A stretch of DNA of 63,584 nucleotides, filler included, from Coriobacteriales bacterium (GTDB taxonomy: Bacteria; Actinomycetota; Coriobacteriia; Coriobacteriales; UBA8131), in the NCBI GenBank assembly GCA_031263105.1. It is 7 parts of 7 records of this genome, joined end to end, with 100 filler letters (N's around TTAATTAATTAA, not from the genome) between each part and the next. Parts side by side here need not be neighbours in the genome. Positions count along the whole stretch, not along the records: positions 1 to 17,603 come from JAISGJ010000184.1; positions 17,704 to 28,902 come from JAISGJ010000216.1; 5 more parts are not named here. One strand, 5' to 3'. The position numbers and the translations under genes are program-made. Below the pieces are notes generated by a model. It saw only the letters and a list, made by a program, of their open reading frames with translations, searched no databases and was not told the origin of the DNA. Positions 10,958 through 19,477 of this stretch are shown one piece after another (position 1 is the stretch's first letter; the number at the start of each line of letters is the position of its first letter).

Positions 10958-12291
10958 GCACCACAGTGATAACCAACGCCACCCTTGTGACGCGCGACGA
11001 GGCGAACCCCCTCGTCCATGACGGGGCCGTCGCCTTCGAAGGCACGACGATATGCGCGGTCGGGCCGACCCGGGAGCTCAAGGAGCGCTACGGGGACGCC
11101 GAGGCGATCGACGCGAAGGGCCGTCTCGTCATGCCCGGTTTCATCAACACGCACATGCACTACTACAGCACCTTTGCGCGCGGCATCGACTTCGGCTCGA
11201 CGAGGCCTGCGACCACCTTCGGGGAGGTGCTCTCGGGGCTCTGGTGGCGCCTCGACAAGATGCTCGAGGGCGACGAGGTCTACCTGAGCGCCGTGGGGCC
11301 CATGATCGACGGCGTGCGCAACGGCGTCACCTCCGTCATCGACCATCACGCAAGCCCCTTCGCGGTCCGGGGGAGCCTGTTTGCGATAGCCGACGCGGCC
11401 GAGCTCATCGGCGTCCGCTCGAACCTGTGCTACGAGGTGTCCGACCGCGACGGGGAGCGGATAGCCCAGGAGGGCATAGCCGAGAACGCCGAGTTCGTGC
11501 GCCACTGCAAGGAGCTGCGAAGCGACATGCTGAAGGGCCTCATGGGCATGCATGCCCAGATGACCGTCTCCCAGCATACCTTGGAGGGCGTCGTCGGGCA
11601 GGCCGAGGACCTCGGCGTCGGCTGCCACATCCATGCGGCTGAGGGGATAGAGGACGTCGTCGACTCCCTCGCCAAATACGGCGTGAGGGCGATAGAGCGC
11701 CTGTCCCAAAACCGTGTGCTCAACGAGCGTTCCCTCATCGTCCACTGCGTGCAGGTCACCGACGACGAGATAGTGCTGCTTGCACAGAGCGGCTCCGCCG
11801 TCGTCAACAACCCCGAGTCCAACATGAGCAACGCGGTCGGCTGTGCGCCGGTCCTGCGCATGATGAAGGCCGGCGTCCTGCTCGGCATGGGGACCGACGG
11901 CTACTGCACCGACATGACCGAGTCCCTGCGGGCGGTCCATGCCATCCAGAAGCACGAGGCGCACGTCCCGTCCGTCTGCTGGGCCGAGCCGCACACGATG
12001 CTCTTCGAGAACAACCGGGCCATCATGAACCGGTACCTGGACGGCGAGACAGGGGTGCTCAGGCCGGGCGCATACGCCGACATCGTCATCGTCGACTACG
12101 AGCCCCCCACCCCCCTTACCGCAGGCACCCTCGCCAGCCATATCCTGTTCGGCATCCAAGGTCGCTGTGTGGACACGACCATCGTCAACGGCAGGACCGT
12201 CATGCGCGGCCGCGAGCTCGTCGGCATCGACGAGGAGAAGCTGATGGCCGACTCGCGCCAGCGGGCGGCGGCCCTCTGGGCACGGATATAG
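10954..12291 (+). CDS. ssnA: SsnA amidohydrolase
   Basis: PGFINTHMHYYS, LWWRLD, DHHASP, HIHAAEG, NPESNMSNAVG, GTDG. Confidence 0.93.
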   Translation: MSTTVITNATLVTRDEANPLVHDGAVAFEGTTICAVGPTRELKERYGDAEAIDAKGRLVMPGFINTHMHYYSTFARGIDFGSTRPATTFGEVLSGLWWRLDKMLEGDEVYLSAVGPMIDGVRNGVTSVIDHHASPFAVRGSLFAIADAAELIGVRSNLCYEVSDRDGERIAQEGIAENAEFVRHCKELRSDMLKGLMGMHAQMTVSQHTLEGVVGQAEDLGVGCHIHAAEGIEDVVDSLAKYGVRAIERLSQNRVLNERSLIVHCVQVTDDEIVLLAQSGSAVVNNPESNMSNAVGCAPVLRMMKAGVLLGMGTDGYCTDMTESLRAVHAIQKHEAHVPSVCWAEPHTMLFENNRAIMNRYLDGETGVLRPGAYADIVIVDYEPPTPLTAGTLASHILFGIQGRCVDTTIVNGRTVMRGRELVGIDEEKLMADSRQRAAALWARI

Positions 12292-12343
12292 CACGAGATG
12301 GCGATGCGTCAGAAGAGGAGCAAGAGGAGTAAGGAGTCCTTTC

Positions 12344-14902
12344 ATGAACATAACGATAAACGGCGTGCCGTATGACGTCCCCTCGGGGAAATCCCTTCTC
12401 CGCTACCTGCGGGACGACCTGCACCTGAACTCCGTCAAGGACGGCTGCAACTCGGGGTCCTGCGGCACCTGCACGGTCCTCATCAACGGCGTCGCGACGA
12501 AGTCCTGCATACGGAAGACCGAGAACCTGGAAGGCGCCGAGGTTCTCACCATAGAGGGGCTGAGCGACCGGGAGAAGGAAGTCTATGTGGAGAGCTTCGG
12601 CGCGGCAGGGGCCGTGCAGTGCGGCTTCTGCATACCCGGCATGGTCATGTCGGCGAAGGCGCTGCTCGACGCGAACCCCGCCCCGACGCTCGAGGCCATC
12701 AAGAAGGCCATCAACGGCAACATCTGCCGCTGCACGGGCTACACGAAGATAGAGCAGGCCATACTGATTGCGGCCGAGTACTTCCGCACAGGGGCCCCCG
12801 TGCCCGCAGACACGGAACAGGGGCGGATGTCGGAGGACTGCAAGCGCAGCGACGTGGCCGAGAAGGTCCTCGGGACCGGCATATTCGGCGACGACCTCTC
12901 CTTCGAGGACATGATCTTCGCAAAGGCGCTGCGGGCACCGTGCCCACGGGCCTTCATCAAGGCCATCGACACCACGAAGGCCGAGAGGCATCCCGACTGC
13001 GTGCGGGTGCTGACGGCAGCCGATGTGCCCCATAACAAGATAGGCCACCTGAAGCAGGACTGGGACGTCATGATCTCCGTAGGGCAGGAGACGCGCTATA
13101 TCGGGGATGCGCTCGCCCTCGTCGGCTCGCGGGACCGCGAGAGCCTCGACGAGATACTGGCCCTCATCGAGGTCGAGTACGAGGAGCGCCCGCCCGTCGT
13201 CAGCCCGACGGACGCGCTCAGGGCAGACGCGCCCCTCGTGCATGCCACAGGCAACATCATGAGCAAGGAGTACCTGCACCGGGGCGACCCCGACAAGGCC
13301 ATTGCCGAGGCGGCCCATGTGGTGACCAGGAAGTACTACACCCCCCACAACGACCACGCCTTCATGGAGCCGGAATGCGCGGTGGCCGTGCCGCTCGGCG
13401 AGACGGGCCTGCACCTGTACACCGGCGGGCAGTCGGTCTACGACGACCGGCGCGAGACGGCGAACATGCTCCAGATCCCCCTTGAGGACGTGCGGGTCAC
13501 CTCGAACCTCGTCGGCGGGGGCTTCGGCGGCAAGGAGGACATGAGCGTGCAGCACCATGCGGCCCTCATGGCCTGGCATACCAAGCTGCCGGTCAAGGTG
13601 AGGTTCAGCCGCCAGGAGAGCATCGACTACCATACGAAGCGCCATGCGATGGAGATGGAGTTCACGACCGCCTGCGACGAGCAGGGGCGCCTCACGGCCA
13701 TGAAGGCGCTGCTCATCGCCGACACCGGGGCCTACGCCTCGCTCGGGGGCCCGGTCCTCCAGCGGGCCTGCACCCATGCCGCCGGCCCCTACAACTTCCA
13801 GAACATCGACATCCTCGGCATGGCGGTCTACACCAACAACGTCGTCTCGGGGGCCTACCGCGGCTTCGGGGTGACCCAGAGCTGCTTCGCCATGGAGGGC
13901 AACCTCAACCTCTTGGCCGAGATGGTGGGGATATCCCCGTGGGAGATACGCTACCGCAACGCCATCAGGCCTGGCCAGGTGCTGCCCAACGGTCAGATAG
14001 CGGATGCGAACACCGCTCTGGTCGAGACCTTGGAGGCCGTCAAGGAGGACTTCGAGTCGAACCCCTATGCGGGCATCGCCTGCGGCTTCAAGAACAGCGG
14101 CAAGGGCGTCGGGCTCAAGGACATCGGCCGTTGCCGTCTCTCGATAGAAGGCGGCAAGGTCCACGTGCGCACCTCTGCGGCCTGCATGGGGCAGGGGATC
14201 GCGACGGTCTGCATGCACATGCTGTGCGAGACGACCGGCCTTCGTCCCTGCGACCTCGTCCACGAGGCCCCCGACACCGTGCGCACCCCCGACGCGGGGA
14301 CCAGCACGGCCTCGAGGCAGACCGTGCTGACGGGCGAGGCGACCAGGAGGGCGGCCGAGGGGCTCGCGAAGGACCTCAAGGCCGGCAGGTCCCTCGCCGA
14401 CCTCGAAGGCGAGGAGTACTACGGCGAGTTCTTCGCCGAGACCGACCCCATGGGCGCGCCGGTGCCCCATCCCGTGAGCCACGTCTCCTACAGCTATGCG
14501 ACCCAGGTCGTCATCCTCGACGAGAGCGGCAAGCTCGAGAGGGTCGTTGCGGCCTATGACGTGGGCACGCCGGTCAACCCCCGCTCCTGCGAGGGCCAGA
14601 TCGAGGGCGGCGTCGTCATGGGCCTGGGATTCGCGCTCACGGAGGACTTCCCCATCGAGGGCGGCTACCCCAAGGTGAAGTACGGCACGCTCGGGCTTCC
14701 CCGTGCGAAGCAGGTGCCCCCGCTGGAGGTGCGCTTCGCGCAGATAGACGACGAGCGCAAGTTGGGCTACGCTTATGGGGCGAAGGGGGTGGGCGAGCTC
14801 TGCCTCATACCCACGAGTCCCGCAGTGGCACATGCCTACTACCGCCTGGACGGGAACTTCCGCCAGCGTCTGCCGCTGCGGGGGACCTATTACAAGAAAT
14901 AG
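12344..14902 (+). CDS. xdh: selenium-dependent xanthine dehydrogenase-type molybdenum hydroxylase (fused 2Fe-2S and Mo-binding domains)
   Basis: GCNSGSCGTC and QCGFC...NICRCTGY Fe-S motifs; VGGGFGGKED, GAYRGFG, GAKGVGE Mo-domain motifs. Selenium dependence is inferred from family and context. Confidence 0.88.
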   Translation: MNITINGVPYDVPSGKSLLRYLRDDLHLNSVKDGCNSGSCGTCTVLINGVATKSCIRKTENLEGAEVLTIEGLSDREKEVYVESFGAAGAVQCGFCIPGMVMSAKALLDANPAPTLEAIKKAINGNICRCTGYTKIEQAILIAAEYFRTGAPVPADTEQGRMSEDCKRSDVAEKVLGTGIFGDDLSFEDMIFAKALRAPCPRAFIKAIDTTKAERHPDCVRVLTAADVPHNKIGHLKQDWDVMISVGQETRYIGDALALVGSRDRESLDEILALIEVEYEERPPVVSPTDALRADAPLVHATGNIMSKEYLHRGDPDKAIAEAAHVVTRKYYTPHNDHAFMEPECAVAVPLGETGLHLYTGGQSVYDDRRETANMLQIPLEDVRVTSNLVGGGFGGKEDMSVQHHAALMAWHTKLPVKVRFSRQESIDYHTKRHAMEMEFTTACDEQGRLTAMKALLIADTGAYASLGGPVLQRACTHAAGPYNFQNIDILGMAVYTNNVVSGAYRGFGVTQSCFAMEGNLNLLAEMVGISPWEIRYRNAIRPGQVLPNGQIADANTALVETLEAVKEDFESNPYAGIACGFKNSGKGVGLKDIGRCRLSIEGGKVHVRTSAACMGQGIATVCMHMLCETTGLRPCDLVHEAPDTVRTPDAGTSTASRQTVLTGEATRRAAEGLAKDLKAGRSLADLEGEEYYGEFFAETDPMGAPVPHPVSHVSYSYATQVVILDESGKLERVVAAYDVGTPVNPRSCEGQIEGGVVMGLGFALTEDFPIEGGYPKVKYGTLGLPRAKQVPPLEVRFAQIDDERKLGYAYGAKGVGELCLIPTSPAVAHAYYRLDGNFRQRLPLRGTYYKK

Positions 14903-14986
14903 AGGAATCCAGAAGAAGCCGCCGGAGAAGCGCCGCCTGTGGGCGCACGTCAGGTGGAAGCCATACCGTGAAAGTGAGGTCTGTCC

Positions 14987-16375
14987 ATGATTATCGTAAA
15001 CGGGACCATCGTCACGGGGCACGGGGAGACACGACAGGAGCTTCGCGTCAAGGGCGGGCGTATCGTCGCCTTGGGCCAGGGGCTCGCAGAGGCCTTTCCT
15101 GACGAGGAGAGGATCGACGCCACGGGCCTGCTCGTGCTGCCCGGCGGCGTCGATGCCCATACCCATATGGACCTCCTTGTAGGGACGCTGAGGGCGACGG
15201 ACAGCTTCCTCACCGGTACGGTAGCGGCCGCCTGCGGCGGGACCACGACCATCATCGACCACATGGCCTTTGGGCCCGCAGGCGCCGCGCTCCAGCACCA
15301 GATCGACGTCTACCATGCGCTGGCGGACGACAAGGCCGTGGTGGACTACGGCTTCCATGGGGTCGTGGACCACGTCGACGGCCGCGTCCTTGCGCAGATG
15401 GGCCGCTTGGCAAGCGAGGGCGTCACGAGCCTCAAGTTCTATATGACCTATGACAACCGCCTCTCGGACGACGCCATACTGCGCCTGCTTGCGCGCAGCT
15501 CGGAACTCGGCCTGCTCCCCTGTGTCCACTGCGAGGACCATGCAATGCTCACCTGGCTCAGGGAGCGCTTCCGCGCGCTGGGGATGCTCTCCGTGCCCTA
15601 CCATGCGCTGAGCCGTCCCGCCTCCTGTGAGGCCGAGGCCGTGTTCAGGGTCCTCACGCTTGCCCACGCCGTCGGCGGCGCCCCGCTCTATCTGGTGCAT
15701 ATGAGCAGCGCGGCGGCGCTCGAGGCCGTCGGCGGCCTGTCGTTCGATGCCGACAACGCCGTCCTTGAGACCTGCCCGCAGTACCTCGTCTTGGACGAGG
15801 TGCGCTACGGCCTTCCCGGCAACGAGGGCCTCAAGTACGTCATGAGCCCCCCTCTGCGGACGGAAGCTGACCAAGCGGCGCTCTGGGCAGCCCTGAGCGA
15901 CGGGCGCATAGACGCCATCGGCAGCGATCACTGCCCCTTTGACTTCAAGACGGACAAGATGCTCGGTGCCTCGGACTTCACCCTCTGCCCCAACGGCGTC
16001 CCCGGCGTCGAGCTGCGCCTGCCCCTTCTTTACTCGGAAGGGGTCGTGAGGCGGGGCATGCCTCTCAGCCGGATGGTGGAGCTGTGCAGCACCCTGCCCG
16101 CAAAGCGCTTCGGCGTCTTCCCCCAAAAGGGGACGATCGCGGTCGGCTCCGACGCCGACCTGGTGCTGTTCGACCCCGCGCGGAAGGTGCGCGTCACCCA
16201 TGCCCTGCTCCACGAGCGGGTGGACTACACGCCCTACGAGGGCTTCGAACTGACAGGCTGGCCCGTCATGACCCTCAGCCGGGGCGAGGTCATCGTGAGG
16301 GAAGGCGAGTTCCTCGGCTCGGAAGGCCGCGGCCGCTACCTCCACAGAGCCCTGCCCGACCTCGACCCCCACTGA
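14987..16375 (+). CDS. hydA: dihydropyrimidinase/hydantoinase (HyuA-like)
   Basis: PGGVDAHTH, LKFYM carboxy-Lys, VHCED, ETCPQY, SPPLR, SDHCPF, GSDADLV. Confidence 0.92.
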   Translation: MIIVNGTIVTGHGETRQELRVKGGRIVALGQGLAEAFPDEERIDATGLLVLPGGVDAHTHMDLLVGTLRATDSFLTGTVAAACGGTTTIIDHMAFGPAGAALQHQIDVYHALADDKAVVDYGFHGVVDHVDGRVLAQMGRLASEGVTSLKFYMTYDNRLSDDAILRLLARSSELGLLPCVHCEDHAMLTWLRERFRALGMLSVPYHALSRPASCEAEAVFRVLTLAHAVGGAPLYLVHMSSAAALEAVGGLSFDADNAVLETCPQYLVLDEVRYGLPGNEGLKYVMSPPLRTEADQAALWAALSDGRIDAIGSDHCPFDFKTDKMLGASDFTLCPNGVPGVELRLPLLYSEGVVRRGMPLSRMVELCSTLPAKRFGVFPQKGTIAVGSDADLVLFDPARKVRVTHALLHERVDYTPYEGFELTGWPVMTLSRGEVIVREGEFLGSEGRGRYLHRALPDLDPH

Positions 16376-16519
16376 GCCCTGGTTCGGAAGCCGGTAGGAT
16401 TTCTCCCAAACGATTCTGATGAACCGGACATCGCTCACCCCATGTTTGACTTTGCGGCTTCAGGGTCTCTGAGGATGTGATACCATTACAGCCAATCGGA
16501 ATTTGAAGGGAGGTCGCCT

Positions 16520-16702
16520 GTGGCTACTTCATCTATCACAAAAACGTTCAGGATAAAGGACGACGAGGCCATGGAGCGCTACCTCGAGATTATGGGAGCG
16601 CCCGCTGAGCCGCTGCCGAGGATCGCAGGTTTTTCTCTGGAGAGCGAGCGAAGGAAGCTGCGCGAAGCGTTGGAGGCGAGGGATAGGCCACGCAAGTCAT
16701 AG
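16520..16702 (+). CDS. small putative antitoxin upstream of a GNAT-like gene
   Basis: 60-aa ORF with RBS GGGAGG, directly adjoining the GNAT-like ORF. Confidence 0.55.
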   Translation: MATSSITKTFRIKDDEAMERYLEIMGAPAEPLPRIAGFSLESERRKLREALEARDRPRKS

Positions 16703-16716
16703 TCTCGCTTAAGGAC

Positions 16717-17253
16717 GTGCTTCATGGGTCGGGCCTCATGACGGAAGAGGACGCCAGGGGCCTGTTTTCTGTTTTTCGCTGTTCGCCTGATTCTGACATT
16801 GAGGGCTTTTTGCACAGCAAGGCCTTCATGTTTCAACGCCGTGACTGGAGTTCGGTCTACTTCATTGTTGACTATGACAAGATTGCTGTCGGCAAGCAAG
16901 TCGTGGAAGCGTATTTCACGCTCTCGCACAAGGCGATCGAGCTCAAAGGCACCGTCTCAAAGTCCCAGCGCAAACGCATCTGGGGCGGTGTCATCAATGA
17001 CGACCCCATAGCGCATTTCGTTCTGATTGGCCATATGGGGAAATATATAAGCCCTGAATACATATCACCCATCAGTGCAGGCGAAATACTGCGCTATGCG
17101 TGGGAGATAATCGCCGAATCCCACGACTTGATAACGTTCACCAGCGTCCTCGTCGAATGCAGGAACGAGCCCAAGCTCATTGAGAGGTATACCGAGAACG
17201 GCTTTGTCTATCTTCAGGAGGACGACCTTGTCCAGATGATACGTCGAGTCTGA
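16717..17253 (+). CDS. GNAT-like acetyltransferase (putative TA toxin)
   Basis: FRC..DIEGFLHSKA, AYFTLSHK, LIGHMGK, VLVEC...LIERYTENGF pattern; AT-richer than the upstream cluster; true start may be near 16690. Confidence 0.65.
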   Translation: MLHGSGLMTEEDARGLFSVFRCSPDSDIEGFLHSKAFMFQRRDWSSVYFIVDYDKIAVGKQVVEAYFTLSHKAIELKGTVSKSQRKRIWGGVINDDPIAHFVLIGHMGKYISPEYISPISAGEILRYAWEIIAESHDLITFTSVLVECRNEPKLIERYTENGFVYLQEDDLVQMIRRV

Positions 17254-17273
17254 GGCTGCTGGTCGTTCAGGTC

Positions 17274-17417
17274 GGCAAGGTCTCCGGCAAGGCGTCGGCA
17301 TCCGTCAAGAATGCGTTCGACTCAGAGCTCGGCAGGCTCGCCGCGCCGAAGCGCACGGGCCACACGTTCCAAGGCTGGTACACCAAGAAGTCCGGCGGCA
17401 CGAAGGTCGCGGCCTCC
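17274..17417 (+). pseudogene. orphan fragment of an InlB B-repeat surface protein
   Basis: Translates GKVSGKASASVKNAFDSELGRLAAPKRTGHTFQGWYTKKSGGTKVAAS, closely resembling repeats in 30221-32074; no start codon. Confidence 0.7.
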
Positions 17418-17603
17418 CCCTGTGCGGCCCGCCCTACGCGGCGGAATTCCGCCCCGAACCCCGCTTTTCGCATCTTTTTTCCTCCTGACCCCTTGACGGG
17501 GGGGGGGGGGGGGGGGGGGGGGCGAAAAGGGGGGGGGCAAATTGTGGGTAAAGCCCCCCCCAGGGAAAACCCCGGCCCCGGCGCCCGGGGGTGGGGGAAC
17601 GCC

Positions 17604-17703
17604 NNNNNNNNNNNNNNNNNNNNNNNNNNNNNNNNNNNNNNNNNNNNTTAATTAATTAANNNNNNNNNNNNNNNNNNNNNNNNNNNNNNNNNNNNNNNNN
17701 NNN
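17604..17703. other. artificial contig linker
   Basis: N run with central TTAATTAATTAA (stops in six frames). Confidence 0.98.
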
Positions 17704-17911
17704 GAGGGATCCTTGGGTCCGAGCGCCCGGAAAACAGTCCAGTGGACTTCGAGCGCCCGGGCCACAGGCCGAAGCATCTTCTGGCCGCAGTCGACCGCTA
17801 CGCGGTCGAGGATCCCTCGGCAGGCTCGGGATGACAGTGGGGGCCGGGATGACAGTGGGGGCCGGGATGACAGTGGGGGCCGGGATGACAGTGGGGGTGC
17901 AAGCAGTAACG
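17704..17911. repeat. REP/MITE-like element (partial) with four 18-bp terminal tandem repeats
   Basis: GGATCCCTCGGCAGGCTCGGGATGACAGTGGGG arm; CGGGATGACAGTGGGGGC x4 at 17827-17897; terminal CAGTAACG. Confidence 0.85.
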
Positions 17912-17965
17912 CAGCACCGCCTTGGGCTCTTCCTTGCGCAGCGCCGCCTTGGGCTCTTCCTTAAA

Positions 17966-17994
17966 TTGTATTAAACTTATAAGAATGATATAAT
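17966..17994 (+). promoter_or_regulatory. sigma70-type promoter
   Basis: TTGTAT-17-TATAAT with extended TG, in an AT-rich patch upstream of 18035. Confidence 0.7.
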
Positions 17995-18034
17995 TTATAG
18001 GACAGACGGAACAGAGTGCGAGGAAGGCTGACCC

Positions 18035-19477
18035 ATGAGCGAGAAACCCAGAACACTGAGCGCCGTTGAGCGAGCCGCAGGCGAGGCGCGCCTCACCGAG
18101 GCCGAGCTGCTGGCGCGTATCGACAATGCGCCCTTCGGACCCAAGGCCCAGGCGCTCGCGCACAGGGCGGCGCGCTGCGAGTCGCTCGGCAACGTGGGCT
18201 GGGGGCTGTTCCCTGTGGCGCCGGTCATCGAGCGCGGGGAGGGCTCGTTGCTCTACGACGTCGACGGAAGGCGCTACATCGACCTGCTCTCGGGATTCTC
18301 GGCCAGCGGGCTCGGCAACTGCCATCCGGCCGTCACCGAGGCGATACGGGAGCAGGCGGGCAGGCTCGCGCACTTCTTCGACTTCCCCCACCCCGAGCGC
18401 ATCAGGCTCGCCGAGCGCCTCGGCGGACTCTCCGGCATCGAGGGCGAGACGCGGGTGCTGTTCGGCACCACGGGGTCGGACGGGGTGGAGAGCGCCGTCA
18501 AGACGGCCCGCTTCTATACCGGCAAGCCCTATGTCCTGGTCGCCAAGGGGGACTATCACGGCGCGAGCTTCGGCACGGTGGGCCTGACCAGCCGCAGGGG
18601 CATGAACGCCGCCTACTTCCCCGGCGGCACCGATGCCCATGTGGGCTTCTTCGGCTTCCCGCATGAGTACCGCGCAAGCCTTCCCGACCCCGAGTTCGGC
18701 GGCTTCGGCATGGAGGCGCTCGACGAGCTGGAGCGCAGCCTCAAGGGCACCTTCTCCCCGTATGCGGACGGCTCCGGCAACCTGGTCGCGGCGATCCTCG
18801 TGGAGCCCTTCCAGAGCTCGTCGGGCTACTACGTCCCGCCGCGCGGCTACCTCAAACGGCTGCGGGACATCTGCGACGAGCACGGCATTCTCCTTGCCGT
18901 GGACGAGGTGCAGACCGGCCTGGGGCGCACAGGCAAGCTGTGGGGATACGAGCACTCGGGCATACGGCCCGACCTCCTCGTCACCTCCAAGACGCTCGGC
19001 GGCGGCCTGCCGCTCTCGGCCCTCGTCGCCCGCGCGGAGGTGCTTGAGGCCTGGAGGCCGACAGCCCACATCAACACCCAGGCGGGCAACGCGGTCGCAT
19101 GCGCAGCGGCGCACGTCGTGCTCGACCTCGTCACGGCCCCCGGCTTCCTTGACGAGGTCGATCGTCGCGGGGAGCGCTTCAAGACGGGGCTCGATCGCAT
19201 CGCCGCGAGGCATCCGAGCCTCGGCTACATCGACCACACAGGCATCTACCTCGGACTGGAGTTCGTCTCCGACCCCGTGCGCAAGACGCCCGACCCTGCG
19301 CTGGTCTCGCGTATCCGCACCGTCGGCCTGCAGCGGGGGCTGCTGCTCGACCATGGAGGGTACTTTGGCAACCGCATCCCGCTCATCCCGGCGCTCAACA
19401 TCCCCTACGAGCTGATTGACGAGACGCTTGCCGCTCTCGACGAGACGATAGGCGAGGCCGAGGAGGGCGCGTCATGA
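18035..19477 (+). CDS. class III PLP-dependent aminotransferase (GabT/ArgD-like)
   Basis: DVDGRRYIDLLSG, YHGASFG, DEVQTGLGRTG, PDLLVTSKTLGGGLP. Confidence 0.9.
   Translation: MSEKPRTLSAVERAAGEARLTEAELLARIDNAPFGPKAQALAHRAARCESLGNVGWGLFPVAPVIERGEGSLLYDVDGRRYIDLLSGFSASGLGNCHPAVTEAIREQAGRLAHFFDFPHPERIRLAERLGGLSGIEGETRVLFGTTGSDGVESAVKTARFYTGKPYVLVAKGDYHGASFGTVGLTSRRGMNAAYFPGGTDAHVGFFGFPHEYRASLPDPEFGGFGMEALDELERSLKGTFSPYADGSGNLVAAILVEPFQSSSGYYVPPRGYLKRLRDICDEHGILLAVDEVQTGLGRTGKLWGYEHSGIRPDLLVTSKTLGGGLPLSALVARAEVLEAWRPTAHINTQAGNAVACAAAHVVLDLVTAPGFLDEVDRRGERFKTGLDRIAARHPSLGYIDHTGIYLGLEFVSDPVRKTPDPALVSRIRTVGLQRGLLLDHGGYFGNRIPLIPALNIPYELIDETLAALDETIGEAEEGAS

Noticed and set aside
12344..14902. Selenocysteine codon in xdh or the molybdoenzymes
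   Set aside because: The ORFs are uninterrupted with no in-frame TGA; selenium in this Xdh family is a cofactor ligand, not Sec.
7730..16438. Very long antisense ORFs (7730-10942, 12200-16438; also 53362-57207)
   Set aside because: Shadow ORFs of high-GC genes on the opposite strand with no recognisable motifs.
17523..17603. G/C-rich low-complexity ORFs at contig ends (also 29003-29052)
   Set aside because: Likely degraded read quality next to homopolymers.
17911..17963. Two 27-bp direct repeats as a regulatory element
   Set aside because: A simple duplication beside a REP terminus with no further support.
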